From positions 22,955 through 86,954 of the forward strand of contig CAKPLP010000005.1 of the NCBI GenBank assembly GCA_934167695.1: DNA of 64,000 nucleotides. Direction: 5' to 3'. A program made the position numbers and the translations under genes. This document shows, in pieces, positions 42,177 through 52,460 of this stretch. The notes beneath the pieces were generated by a model. The model ran no database searches, was not told where the DNA came from, and was given only the letters and a program-made list of their open reading frames with translations. Each line of letters opens with the position of its first letter. Within the stretch, counting starts at the first letter, position 1. This stretch comes from an uncultured Bacilli bacterium (lineage in GTDB: Bacteria > Bacillota_I > Bacilli_A > RF39 > UBA660).

Positions 42177-43918
42177 GTATATTAAAAGATTTAAAAAGTT
42201 CTTTAAAAGAAATAGTAAAACAAGCAGGTTATGATTTAGAAGAAATAACATTTGTAGAATCATCACGTCCTGATTTAGGAGATTATCAAATAAATGATGC
42301 TATGCGTCTAGCCTCAATTTATCACACCTCACCACGAGAAATCGCTGAAAAAATAGTTGCTATTCTTAAAGAAGATCCTAGATTTACTAATATAAATATA
42401 GCAGGACCAGGCTTTATTAACCTAACATTAAGCACTTACTATTTACAAACATCATTAAACAGAATCTTAGACGATTTTTCTAGTAATATTGATAAAGAAC
42501 AACCTAAAAAAATTATGATGGACTATGGTGGTGCAAATATTGCAAAAACACTTCACGTAGGACACTTACGTTCTGCTAATATTGGTGAAGCAATTAAAAG
42601 ACTAGCCAGATATTTAGGGTTAGAAGTCATTAGTGATGTTCACTTTGGAGATATTGGAAGACAATCAGGTATGGTTATATCAGAAATAAAAAAAAGATAC
42701 CCTACTCTAGATTATTTTAATCCGAACTTTACAGGAGATTATAATAAAATAGAATTCGAAATAACTCCAGAAGAATTAGGAGAAATATACCCTACTGCCT
42801 CTTTAGATGCAAAAAATAATGAAGAAAGAATGCAAGAAGTAGTAGAAATAACTAAAGAATTAGAAGAAAATAATCCAGCCTATCAAGCACTATGGAATAA
42901 AATAAAAGAAGTTTCAATAAAAGATATAAAGCAAGTATATAAAGATATTAATACATCATTTGACTTATATGAAGGAGAAAGCGACTGTTATCCATATATC
43001 CCAAAAATGATAAAGTATATGGAAGATAATAACTATCTAAGAGAAAGTCAAGAAGCAAAAGTAATAGATATAAAAGAAGAAACAGACAAATCCCCTATGC
43101 CACCTCTTGTTGTTATTAAATCAAATGGAGCTACATTATACGCCACTAGAGAACTTGCAACACTATATTCTAGAATAGAAAGATTTAATCCAGATGAAAT
43201 ATGGTATTTTGCAGACTTTAGACAATCATTATACTTTGAACAAGTATTTAGAGCAGCAAAAAAATCAAAACTAATACCAGAAAATACAAAATTAGGTTTC
43301 TATGGTTTTGGTACTATGAATGGTCCAGATGGAAAACCATTCAAAACAAGAGATGGTAATGTAATGAGTCTAAAAGAATTAATTCATTTACTAGAAAATG
43401 AAACCTTAACGCGTCTTAATAAAGACATTGTTTCAAAAGATAAACAAAAAGAAACATCAAAACAAATAGCAATAGCAGCCCTAAAATATGCAGATTTAAT
43501 ACCTTACCGTGAAACAGATTACATATTTGATCCTTCTAAATTTGTAAGTTTAGATGGAAAAACAGGACCATACTTATTATATTCAACTATTAGAATGAAA
43601 TCCCTGTTAAATAAAGCTGAAGAGAAAAACTATTACATAACAAAATTAAAAAACAAAACAGATAGACAAGTTGCAATAACGTTATTAAAATTACCACAAG
43701 TATTAACAAGATGTTTAGAACAAAAATCATTAAATGAACTTACAGATTATATTTATAAATTAACTAGTAGTTACAATACTTTCTACAATGAATGTAAAAT
43801 TTTAGTAGAGCCTGACAAAGCCCAAAAACTCTCATGGTTAGCATTAACAAAACTAGTATATAATACTAATATTCAAATTTTAAATATATTAGGAATTGAT
43901 GTTCCAGAAAAAATGTAA
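42173..43918 (+). CDS. argS: arginine--tRNA ligase
   Basis: Class I HIGH motif (HVGHLRS) and ArgRS-type anticodon-binding domain architecture. Confidence 0.9.
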   Translation: MSILKDLKSSLKEIVKQAGYDLEEITFVESSRPDLGDYQINDAMRLASIYHTSPREIAEKIVAILKEDPRFTNINIAGPGFINLTLSTYYLQTSLNRILDDFSSNIDKEQPKKIMMDYGGANIAKTLHVGHLRSANIGEAIKRLARYLGLEVISDVHFGDIGRQSGMVISEIKKRYPTLDYFNPNFTGDYNKIEFEITPEELGEIYPTASLDAKNNEERMQEVVEITKELEENNPAYQALWNKIKEVSIKDIKQVYKDINTSFDLYEGESDCYPYIPKMIKYMEDNNYLRESQEAKVIDIKEETDKSPMPPLVVIKSNGATLYATRELATLYSRIERFNPDEIWYFADFRQSLYFEQVFRAAKKSKLIPENTKLGFYGFGTMNGPDGKPFKTRDGNVMSLKELIHLLENETLTRLNKDIVSKDKQKETSKQIAIAALKYADLIPYRETDYIFDPSKFVSLDGKTGPYLLYSTIRMKSLLNKAEEKNYYITKLKNKTDRQVAITLLKLPQVLTRCLEQKSLNELTDYIYKLTSSYNTFYNECKILVEPDKAQKLSWLALTKLVYNTNIQILNILGIDVPEKM

Positions 43919-44035
43919 AAAAAATAGTTGCATAAGTATACAAACTATGATATATATATTGTCGATGTTTTATATCAAATTTAATAAACAAGTTATCTAT
44001 ATATTACATATAATGACTTGAATGGAGGAAATTTA

Positions 44036-44476
44036 ATGAGCATTGACAAAATGAAAAAAGAAGATTTAGAGTTACTTTCCAATAAGGATATAACAAATAT
44101 AATTTTAGAAGAGAGTAAAAAGCCACTAAATACGGCTGATTTATATAAAAAAATAATAAAGCTATTAGATTTGCCTGAATCTACTTTTGAAGAAAAAATA
44201 GGGGATTACTATACAGCTTTAACTACTGATAAAAGATTTATATTATTAGATGATGGTACATGGGATTTGAGAAACCGTCATACATCAGACAAAGTATTAA
44301 AAACAGCTATTAGTGAAGAAGATGATGAAGATGATGAATCACCAGTAGATGAAGATGAAATCTTAAATGAAGAAATAGAAGATGATTATTCTGATGAGGC
44401 AACATATGATGATAATGATGAAGATTTAAAAGATTTAGTAGTTTTAGATGAAGACGAAATGGATCTAGAAAGATAG
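44036..44476 (+). CDS. rpoE: RNA polymerase delta subunit
   Basis: An N-terminal HARE-HTH-like domain followed by a highly acidic Asp/Glu-rich tail. The ATG follows a GGAGGAAA RBS, whereas the ORF track uses a TTG start. Confidence 0.75.
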   Translation: MSIDKMKKEDLELLSNKDITNIILEESKKPLNTADLYKKIIKLLDLPESTFEEKIGDYYTALTTDKRFILLDDGTWDLRNRHTSDKVLKTAISEEDDEDDESPVDEDEILNEEIEDDYSDEATYDDNDEDLKDLVVLDEDEMDLER

Positions 44477-44563
44477 TAATATGACTTTTCATATTACTTT
44501 TTCTTTATTTTCAAAACTAAAATACTATGATATAATAACTAATATTAAAAAGGAGAGATCATA

Positions 44564-45622
44564 ATGTTTGAACACTTAGAACAAATAGAACAACATTATA
44601 ATGAAATAACTGAAGAATTAACAAAACCAGAAGTTTTAAATGATATTAAAAAAACTAGAGAACTATCTAAAGAATTAAGTGAATTAGAAGATGTAGTATC
44701 ATGTTTTAAAGAATATAAAAAAGTATTAGAAAACTTAGAAGATACTAAAGAAATGCTAAAAGATCCTGATTTAGGAGACATGGCAAAAGAAGAACTACAA
44801 GTATTAGAAGAAAATAAAAATAAATATGAAAAAGAACTAGAAATACTACTAATTCCTAAAGATCCTAATGATAATAAAAATGTTATAGTAGAAATAAGAG
44901 GAGCCGCAGGAGGAGATGAAGCTAATATATTCGCTGGAGATCTATTTAGAATGTATACAAGATACGCAGAGAAAAAAGGCTTTAAATATGAAGTATATAA
45001 CTCTGTAGATGGTGATGCTGGAGGATATAGTCAAATAGAATTTATGATAAAAGGAGAAGGGGCCTATAGTAAATTTAAATACGAAAGCGGATCACATAGA
45101 GTACAAAGAGTTCCAACAACAGAATCAAATGGTCGTCTTCAAACATCAACAGCAACAGTATTAGTAATGCCTGAAGCAGAAGAAGTTGATATTGAAATTA
45201 AACAATCAGATTTAAGAATAGATATTTATCGTTCATCAGGATGTGGAGGACAAGGAGTAAATACAACAGATTCTGCAGTAAGAATAACCCATTTACCTAC
45301 TAACACTGTTGTAACTTGCCAAAACGAAAGAAGTCAAATTCAAAATAAAGAACAAGCTATGAAAGTTTTAAAAGCAAGACTTTATGAATTAGAAAGAGAA
45401 CGTTTAGAAACAGAAGAGGGTAATGCTAGAAGAAGTAAAATAGGAACAGGCGATAGAGCCGAAAAAATCCGTACTTACAATTATCCACAAAATAGAGTTA
45501 CAGATCATCGTATCGGTTATACTACTAAAAACCTAGATAGAGTTATGGATGGCGACTTAGATGGTATTATAGAATCATTACAAAAAGAAGATCAAGCAAG
45601 AAAACTAGCAGGAGAAGAATAG
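44564..45622 (+). CDS. prfA: peptide chain release factor 1
   Basis: GGQ motif (SGCGGQGVNTT) and a PxT-type tripeptide region (RVPTTESNGRLQTS), rather than the SPF of RF2. Confidence 0.85.
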   Translation: MFEHLEQIEQHYNEITEELTKPEVLNDIKKTRELSKELSELEDVVSCFKEYKKVLENLEDTKEMLKDPDLGDMAKEELQVLEENKNKYEKELEILLIPKDPNDNKNVIVEIRGAAGGDEANIFAGDLFRMYTRYAEKKGFKYEVYNSVDGDAGGYSQIEFMIKGEGAYSKFKYESGSHRVQRVPTTESNGRLQTSTATVLVMPEAEEVDIEIKQSDLRIDIYRSSGCGGQGVNTTDSAVRITHLPTNTVVTCQNERSQIQNKEQAMKVLKARLYELERERLETEEGNARRSKIGTGDRAEKIRTYNYPQNRVTDHRIGYTTKNLDRVMDGDLDGIIESLQKEDQARKLAGEE

Positions 45623-45627
45623 TTTTA

Positions 45628-46473
45628 ATGAGAGTAGAAGACCTATTAGTTTATGGTAAAAAATACTGCCATTCAGATATTTCCAAAATTCTTCTAGGAG
45701 ATTTATTAAATCTAAATCCATTAGAACTATTAATACACTTAGATGAAGAAGTTTCAGAAGAAAAAGCACTTATATATAAAGAAGAAGTAAAAGCAATAAA
45801 AGAAAACAAACCATTACAATACGTTTTAGGATATACTAATTTTTATGGAAATAAATTTATAGTAAATGAAAAAGTATTAATTCCAAGATTTGAAACAGAA
45901 GAACTAGTAGAGAATACAATAAACTACATAAAAGAATACTTTAATATCCCAGTAAACATAATAGATTTAGGATGTGGAAGTGGTGTTATAGGTTTAACCC
46001 TAAAACAAAAAATAAAAGACTCGGACGTAACACTATTAGATATATCAGAAGATGCTCTAAAAGTAGCACAAGAAAACAGTAAACAATTAAATTTACCAGT
46101 TAAATTTATTAAAAATAATATGTTAGAGAATTTAAATGAAAAATATGATGTAATAATAAGTAATCCTCCATATATAAAAACTAATGAAGAAATAGAGGAA
46201 ATAGTAAAAAATAATGAACCACATCTAGCATTATATGCAGGAGAAGATGGCCTAGACTATTACAGAAGTATAATAAATAATATTCAAAATAATTTAAAAG
46301 AAAAATATCTAATCGCATTCGAGATAGGGTATGAACAAAAAGATCCTATTGTTAAATTATTAAATGAAAAATTAAACGACATTACAATTATTACTAAAAA
46401 AGATATGCAAGATAGAAACAGAATGATATTTGTTCTTTCAAATAGTTTAATAAAGTCGAAAAAAGATAGTTAA
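45628..46473 (+). CDS. prmC: release factor glutamine N5-methyltransferase PrmC (HemK)
   Basis: NPPY motif (ISNPPYI) and SAM-binding DLGCGSG. It lies directly after prfA. Confidence 0.85.
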   Translation: MRVEDLLVYGKKYCHSDISKILLGDLLNLNPLELLIHLDEEVSEEKALIYKEEVKAIKENKPLQYVLGYTNFYGNKFIVNEKVLIPRFETEELVENTINYIKEYFNIPVNIIDLGCGSGVIGLTLKQKIKDSDVTLLDISEDALKVAQENSKQLNLPVKFIKNNMLENLNEKYDVIISNPPYIKTNEEIEEIVKNNEPHLALYAGEDGLDYYRSIINNIQNNLKEKYLIAFEIGYEQKDPIVKLLNEKLNDITIITKKDMQDRNRMIFVLSNSLIKSKKDS

Positions 46474-46528
46474 AAACTGTATAATAAAAACCAAATCACC
46501 CTTTATAAATATGAAAGGTGATTTTTAA

Positions 46529-47047
46529 ATGAAAAAAGCAATAATTATTTTAAGTATAATAACAGGAATATTTGTAACAAATGACTTAACAAAAGAAAAG
46601 GTAGTTATACCAAAAGAATCTATAAGATTTAGAGTAATTGCAAACTCTAATACAGAAGCTGATCAAGCATTAAAAATTAAGGTAAGAAACTCTTTAGATA
46701 AAGATCTAGAAAAGATATTAGAAAATCAAAATAATATTCAAAAAGCTAAACAGTCTATCAAAAATAATTTACCATTATTAGAACAAACAATAAAAAATAC
46801 CCTAAAAGAAAATAATTCTAATATTAAATATACCATCAATTATGGAAATAATTACTTTCCTAGTAAATCATATAAAGGAGTAGTATATAACGCTGGTAAT
46901 TATGAATCATTAGTAGTAAAACTAGGAAAAGCAGAAGGAAATAACTTCTGGTGTGTATTATTTCCACCACTATGCTTAGTAGATGAAAATACAACAGATA
47001 CAGAATATCATATTCTAGTAAAAGACCTCTTGAAAAAATATTTTTAG
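46529..47047 (+). CDS. spoIIR: stage II sporulation protein R
   Basis: A signal peptide, then IRFRVIANSNTEADQALKIKVRNSL and a C-terminal WCVLFPPLC, matching SpoIIR conservation. Its position next to prmC matches B. subtilis. Confidence 0.65.
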   Translation: MKKAIIILSIITGIFVTNDLTKEKVVIPKESIRFRVIANSNTEADQALKIKVRNSLDKDLEKILENQNNIQKAKQSIKNNLPLLEQTIKNTLKENNSNIKYTINYGNNYFPSKSYKGVVYNAGNYESLVVKLGKAEGNNFWCVLFPPLCLVDENTTDTEYHILVKDLLKKYF

Positions 47048-47089
47048 AATAAAAATAAACAAACTTAATAAATTATATTAGGTGAGCAA

Positions 47090-47626
47090 ATGAATACAAT
47101 AATAACAGACTTCCTAATAGCAATAGCACTTAGTATGGATGCCTTTTCTATATCAATTTGTATGGCAACAAGTAATTTACTAAATAAAAGAAAAATGATA
47201 ATATTTCCAATAATAGTAGGAATACTACACTTTTTAATGCCTCTACTAGGAAACTACCTAGGTACTTTAATATCATTTAATTTAGAAAAAATAGCAGATT
47301 ACATATTAGGAGCAATATTTTTAATATTAAGTATAGAATTAATAACATCAAAAGAAAAAGAAAATTATTTAAAAATAAATTATATATATTTACTATTAAT
47401 AGCACTAACAGTAAGTATAGATAGTTTTACTATAGGATTAGGTCTTTCTTTAACTGATGAATATACAATAACAGCAAGTATAATATTCTCAGTTATAAGT
47501 GCCTTATTTACAGTTATAGGATTAACTATAGGAAAATATTTAAATAGAAAAATAGAAAACAAAGCCAATATTATAGGAAGTATATTATTATTTTTATTAT
47601 CTTTAAAATATTTTTTTAAATTTTGA
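47090..47626 (+). CDS. YtaF/MntP-family (DUF204) membrane protein
   Basis: A 6-TM protein with N-terminal LSMDAFSISI, the signature of the family. Confidence 0.5.
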   Translation: MNTIITDFLIAIALSMDAFSISICMATSNLLNKRKMIIFPIIVGILHFLMPLLGNYLGTLISFNLEKIADYILGAIFLILSIELITSKEKENYLKINYIYLLLIALTVSIDSFTIGLGLSLTDEYTITASIIFSVISALFTVIGLTIGKYLNRKIENKANIIGSILLFLLSLKYFFKF

Positions 47627-47817
47627 TTATACTATAAATGGTGAACAAAATGAATCATAAAAAAATACTTAATGAATATTTAAAAGGTACAGAATATTAT
47701 AAAAGGCTTTTAAAGTTTACAAAAAAGGACAAACATAGATAATTATTTTATCTATGTTTTTGTTGATGATAAAAATAAAATGTTGTATACTTTAGTTGTC
47801 TAATAATAGGAGGAAGT

Positions 47818-47862
47818 ATGAGAGTGTCAATCAAATGTTCTAGTGGGGGGGGGTCACTTTAG
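47818..47862 (+). other. mini-ORF (MRVSIKCSSGGGSL) with a strong RBS, containing a G9 homopolymer at 47848-47856
   Basis: GGAGGAAGT-ATG ... AGTGGGGGGGGGTCAC ... TAG. It lies directly upstream of the truncated paralog. Confidence 0.4.
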
Positions 47863-47888
47863 TAGAACAATAAATATATTTAAGAAAA

Positions 47889-48620
47889 ATGGGCAACTTT
47901 ATAGGAGTATATAAATACAGTACAGCAACATCAACAAAATGTATCACAGGTAATGAATCAACATGTGTAAAATCAACATGCTATAAAACAAAAACAAGTG
48001 GCAGTTGTCCTGTGGGAACAATCATAAAGTACAAAGTAAACGATTCAGATATAGTGACTTTTCATGTAATGTATGATACTGGATCTACTATGACAATGCA
48101 AAGTCAAAAAAATATTTTGTATGGTACAAGATGGTATCAATCAGATCCTACTAATGGATTTTCTAACACAACTGGTCCGATTGTAGCATTACCAGCACTA
48201 GAAAGTGCAACCGCAGGCTGGACTAATGTAAATAACCAAACATATACAATGGGTACAACAACTTTCAAAACTAATGCCTACACTGGTTGTAGTACATATA
48301 GTTCATGTGCGACCAACACTTATACATTAGCATCAAGAACAGCAAAGGCCAGAATGATAACAATACAAGAAGCAAAATATTTAGGATGTACAGCTACTGA
48401 TAAATCATGTCCAATCTGGATGAATAATTATTTACCACAATCCACAAGTTATGGAGGAACAATAAATGATACAACAGATAGAAACACTGGTTACTGGACT
48501 ATGAATGCTTATCCTTCAAATATTTATTATGCGTGGTTTGTTTCTTCCCATGGAAGTGTCCAAAATTATGATGCTTATGCTCCATTTGGTATAAGAGCAG
48601 TAGTAGTCGTTTCTAAATAA
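47889..48620 (+). pseudogene. 5'-truncated paralog of the 38432-39361 Cys/Thr-rich secreted protein. It lacks the signal-anchor and may be a silent cassette or gene remnant.
   Basis: The ORF starts at the equivalent of residue about 67 of the full copy. The central roughly 300 bp (about 48218-48520 versus about 38978-39280) is identical at nucleotide level, while both flanks have diverged. Confidence 0.45.
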
Positions 48621-48797
48621 TAGTTAACAAATATAACTATTTTTTTTTGCTTTCTTGACAAAGAGCAATATCTTTAATATGATACTTATAGAAATTAAAA
48701 ACAACTTTTTAAGTATAAAAATAATACAATATTTAATATTGCAGAAAAAATGAACTAAAAAAGACAATTTTAATACAATATAATGATGGAGGATTAC

Positions 48798-50051
48798 ATG
48801 AAGATACTAGAAATAACAGGAGGAGAAAAACTTAGCGGATCTATAAGAGTAAGTGGTGCCAAAAATAGTGCAGTAGCTTTAATTCCGGCTGCAATTTTAG
48901 CAGATGAAACAGTTACTATATGCAACATACCAGAAATAACTGATACAGATAATTTATGCGAAATTTTAAACCATTTAGGAGTAACAACAAAAAGAGCTAG
49001 TGAAAGTATAATAATAAATTCATCTAACATGCATAATAATGAAATAGATGAGGAATTTTCTAAAAAATTGCGTGCTTCATATTATTTTATGGGTGCCCTT
49101 TTAGGAAAATATAAAAAGGCTGTAATGTATTTTCCGGGAGGTTGTTCTATTGGAGCAAGACCTATAGATTTACATTTAAAAGGATTTGAAGCTTTAGGAG
49201 CAACAGTAAAGGTAGAAGATAATAAATATACAGTAGAAGCAGAAAGACTAATTGGTTGTCCTATATATTTAGATTTTGCATCAGTTGGTGCTACTATAAA
49301 TATAATGCTAGCAGCAGTCTTAGCAGAAGGTAAAACAACAATAGATAATGCAGCAAAAGAACCAGAAATAGTAAATATAGCAACATTTTTAAATAATATG
49401 GGAGCTCATATCACAGGAGCAGGTACTTCTACAATAAAAATTGAAGGAGTAAAACATTTACATGGCTGCTTTCATGAAGTAATCCCTGATAGAATAGAAG
49501 CAGGAACTTATGTTATTATAGGAGCCTTATGTGGTGATCAGTTAAAAATAGATAATATTATTCCAGAACATCTAGAATCTTTAATATCAAAACTTCAAGA
49601 AATTGGTGCTCAAATGGAAATTGGATCAGATTATATAACTATAACAAGAGGAGAAAAATATAAAGCAACAAACATTAAAACAGCTCCATATCCGGGATTT
49701 CCAACAGATTTACAACAACCTTTTTCAACATTACTAACTCAATGTGAAGGAAAAAGTAAAGTTGAAGAAACAATCTGGGAAAATAGATTTATGCATGTAC
49801 CATATTTATGTCAAATGGGAGCAGATATTATTGTTAAAAATCAAACAGCTACAATAATTGGTTCAACAAAACTAAAGGGAAAAGAAGTAGTAGCAACAGA
49901 CTTACGTGCAGGAGCTGCCATGGTTGCAGCAGCCTTAATCGCAGAAAATAAAACAATGATAACCAATGTTGAACATATTTTAAGAGGTTATGAAAATATA
50001 GTAGAAAAATTAACTCAAGTAGGTGCTAAAATAAAGAGTCGAGAAATATAA
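48798..50051 (+). CDS. murA: UDP-N-acetylglucosamine 1-carboxyvinyltransferase
   Basis: MKILEITGGEKLSGSIRVSGAKNS and the active-site Cys region (PGGCSIGARPIDLH). Confidence 0.9.
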   Translation: MKILEITGGEKLSGSIRVSGAKNSAVALIPAAILADETVTICNIPEITDTDNLCEILNHLGVTTKRASESIIINSSNMHNNEIDEEFSKKLRASYYFMGALLGKYKKAVMYFPGGCSIGARPIDLHLKGFEALGATVKVEDNKYTVEAERLIGCPIYLDFASVGATINIMLAAVLAEGKTTIDNAAKEPEIVNIATFLNNMGAHITGAGTSTIKIEGVKHLHGCFHEVIPDRIEAGTYVIIGALCGDQLKIDNIIPEHLESLISKLQEIGAQMEIGSDYITITRGEKYKATNIKTAPYPGFPTDLQQPFSTLLTQCEGKSKVEETIWENRFMHVPYLCQMGADIIVKNQTATIIGSTKLKGKEVVATDLRAGAAMVAAALIAENKTMITNVEHILRGYENIVEKLTQVGAKIKSREI

Positions 50052-50075
50052 ATATACAAAAGACTCTTTTTCTTT

Positions 50076-50801
50076 TTGGAGGAATATATGAAAAAGCACC
50101 TAAAATTAATAATTTTTATAATTACAATTATATCTATTTACCTTATTTATACATTAACAAATAAAAATAATTTAATTTATGTATCAATAGGAGATTCTCT
50201 ATCATTAGGAGAAAACTCTTATGGTGCCACAAACTATGGTTATAGTGACTACTTTAAAGATTATTTACAAAAAAACGAACTACTATCAGGATATAATAAA
50301 ACATTCACAGATAAAACAAAAACTATAAATGATATCTATAAAGATCTTCTAACAGACAAAAAAACACTAATTGAAAACAACTCATATAATTTAAAAAGAC
50401 TACTAAGAGAAGCCCATATAGTTACCATGTCCATAGGATTAAATGATCTAATATTCGAATATAATATTAATCAAAAACCACTTACAATATATGAAGAAGA
50501 TAGAATTGTAACAAAAGTATTTGATAATTACCAAAATTTAATTCAAGAAATAAAAAAATATTATAAATATCCAATATATATAATAGGCTATTATGAAAAT
50601 AATACAAAATACGATAATTTAATAAAAAAATTAAATGCTAAATATAAAAAATATTCCCAAAAAAATAATGATATCTATATAGATACAACTTTTATATCTA
50701 AAAATAATATATATTTTGATAATCCTAATTCCTATTATCCTAATAATTTAGCATATAAAGAAATATCTAAAAAAATAATTAGACTATATCAAAAAAATTA
50801 A
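50076..50801 (+). CDS. SGNH/GDSL-family hydrolase, membrane-anchored
   Basis: An N-terminal TM helix, then block I GDSLS (VSIGDSLSLG). Confidence 0.55.
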   Translation: MEEYMKKHLKLIIFIITIISIYLIYTLTNKNNLIYVSIGDSLSLGENSYGATNYGYSDYFKDYLQKNELLSGYNKTFTDKTKTINDIYKDLLTDKKTLIENNSYNLKRLLREAHIVTMSIGLNDLIFEYNINQKPLTIYEEDRIVTKVFDNYQNLIQEIKKYYKYPIYIIGYYENNTKYDNLIKKLNAKYKKYSQKNNDIYIDTTFISKNNIYFDNPNSYYPNNLAYKEISKKIIRLYQKN

Positions 50802-50829
50802 TTATAATATAGATAAAAAAGGAGATAAT

Positions 50830-51381
50830 ATGGATACAGTAGTAAAAACATTAGATAATGAACTATATCAAGTCGAATATAATAAATTTAAAGATATTTC
50901 AAAGATAAATAGAGATCATTCGATTTATTTAAAAGAAAATCCTATCTCTGATATTGATATTGTTGAAGTAATAGATACAAATAACGATAAAAAGAATTTA
51001 AAAAGCAATTATATTATAGATAAAAATGCATCTATATCACTATTAATGGAAGAAATAGATCTTTATTGTGATATTTACCAGTTACCACCAATAAATATTT
51101 CACAAAAAGAATGGAATATTCTTTTTAACACAATATATGAAATGACTATAGAGATAAAAAGAGAAAAAGACTATTATAAATTTTTAAATATAATTAATAA
51201 TTATACATTAGCAGAAGCATTAGTAGAAAATAGTGAAATAATTATATTAGAAGACTATGTAAAATCGCTTAATTATCTAAAAAAATACAATATATTAGAT
51301 CAAATACTAGAAAAAACAGCAAATAAAATAACAAAATATATAGATAAAAATAAAATAATTGTTTTAAAAAGGACTTTTTAG
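50830..51381 (+). CDS. hypothetical protein
   Basis: An ORF with an RBS and no recognisable motifs. Confidence 0.3.
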   Translation: MDTVVKTLDNELYQVEYNKFKDISKINRDHSIYLKENPISDIDIVEVIDTNNDKKNLKSNYIIDKNASISLLMEEIDLYCDIYQLPPINISQKEWNILFNTIYEMTIEIKREKDYYKFLNIINNYTLAEALVENSEIIILEDYVKSLNYLKKYNILDQILEKTANKITKYIDKNKIIVLKRTF

Positions 51382-51468
51382 CTTGCAAAATAAAACAAAA
51401 CTTGTTATACTAATAACGCTATTAATTACTATGATTAATATTTAATCATGGCGGAAGGAGAGATAAAA

Positions 51469-51684
51469 ATGAAAGCAGGAATCCATCCAGAATACAAAGA
51501 AAGTAAAGTAACTTGTGCATGTGGAGAAACTTTCACAACAAGAAGCACAAAGGATGAAATAACAGTAGAAGTTTGTTCTAAATGTCATCCATTCTATACT
51601 GGAAAACAAAACAGAGCATCACGTGCAGGACGTGTTGACAAATTTAATAAAAAATATGGATTTGATAAAAAAGAAACTGCTTAA
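51469..51684 (+). CDS. rpmE: 50S ribosomal protein L31
   Basis: [10 protein letters not shown], and CxxC...CxxC zinc ribbons ([15 protein letters not shown]). The start follows a GGAGAG RBS. Confidence 0.85.
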   Translation: MKAGIHPEYKESKVTCACGETFTTRSTKDEITVEVCSKCHPFYTGKQNRASRAGRVDKFNKKYGFDKKETA

Positions 51685-51696
51685 TGCAGTTTTTTC
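51674..51696 (+). terminator. rho-independent terminator of rpmE (the stop codon sits in the loop)
   Basis: A stem AAACTGC / GCAGTTT with a TTAAT loop, followed by a T-run. Confidence 0.65.
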
Positions 51697-51720
51697 TTTT
51701 TCCACAATTTTTGTGGAAAA
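51697..51720. promoter_or_regulatory. perfect inverted pair of DnaA-box-like 9-mers (TTTTCCACA-AATTTT-TGTGGAAAA) upstream of rpiB
   Basis: Exact sequence. It is the same 9-mer that dominates oriC in this window. Confidence 0.5.
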
Positions 51721-51777
51721 AATAAAATTTAGTTATGATATACTATATTTAAGAAATAATTAAAGGAGAATGATAAC

Positions 51778-52224
51778 ATGAAAATAGGAATTGCAAGTGA
51801 TCATAGAGGTTATGAACTAAAACAAAATATAATTAATAAATTAACAGAATATGAAATAATAGATTATGGAACATATTCCACAGAATCTGTGGATTATCCT
51901 GATTATGCCTTTAAATTAGGTGAAAAAGTAGCAAAACATGAAGTTGAATTTGGTATAGCTATATGTGGAAGTGGAATAGGAATATCTATTGCTTGCAATA
52001 AAGTTAAAGGAATCAGATGTGCAAAGATATCATCAAAAGAAGAAGCATACTATACAAGAAATGATAATGATTCAAATATAATTGCTTTCTCATCAAATAC
52101 AACATTAGAAGATGCCATAACATATATAAAAACATTTATAGAAACACCATTTTCAAATATAGAAAGACATCAAAAAAGAATAAATAAAATAACAAAATAT
52201 GAGGAAAATAACTATGAGTGTTAA
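51778..52224 (+). CDS. rpiB: ribose-5-phosphate isomerase B
   Basis: The N-terminus MKIGIASDHRGYELK is typical of RpiB/LacAB. Confidence 0.85.
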   Translation: MKIGIASDHRGYELKQNIINKLTEYEIIDYGTYSTESVDYPDYAFKLGEKVAKHEVEFGIAICGSGIGISIACNKVKGIRCAKISSKEEAYYTRNDNDSNIIAFSSNTTLEDAITYIKTFIETPFSNIERHQKRINKITKYEENNYEC

Positions 52225-52411
52225 ATCAATTATATATATACTAGTATCAATTTTAGTAATTTGGGCATTAGATTCCGTAAATATTACAAAAATTTTTAAA
52301 AAAAATAAAGAATTACAAGCAAAAGTACTATACTTATTATTAGCATTAGCACTTATATATTTAATAACCAATTTTATCTGGGACTTCTTTTTAGTAACAA
52401 AAATTTATTAA
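52214..52411 (+). CDS. small two-TM membrane protein
   Basis: A hydrophobic 65-aa ORF with an AGGAAAA RBS. Confidence 0.3.
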   Translation: MSVKSIIYILVSILVIWALDSVNITKIFKKNKELQAKVLYLLLALALIYLITNFIWDFFLVTKIY

Positions 52412-52460
52412 ATTAGTATAAAATTTTAATTTCTGTAAAAACTCTTAATGAGGTGGAAAA

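Noticed and set aside
44564-45622. Calling this release factor as RF2 (prfB), which normally follows secA.
   Set aside because: The tripeptide region reads RVPTTESNGRLQTS (PxT-type) rather than SPF. There is no internal programmed-frameshift site (CTTTGAC). It is immediately followed by prmC, as prfA is.
47818-47891. G-tract slippage directly fusing the mini-ORF (MRVSIKCSSGGG...) to the downstream truncated paralog.
   Set aside because: All three frames were checked. Both G8 and G10 give stops before the paralog start, and an in-frame TAA sits at 47871. A simple plus-or-minus-1 translational fusion is not supported.
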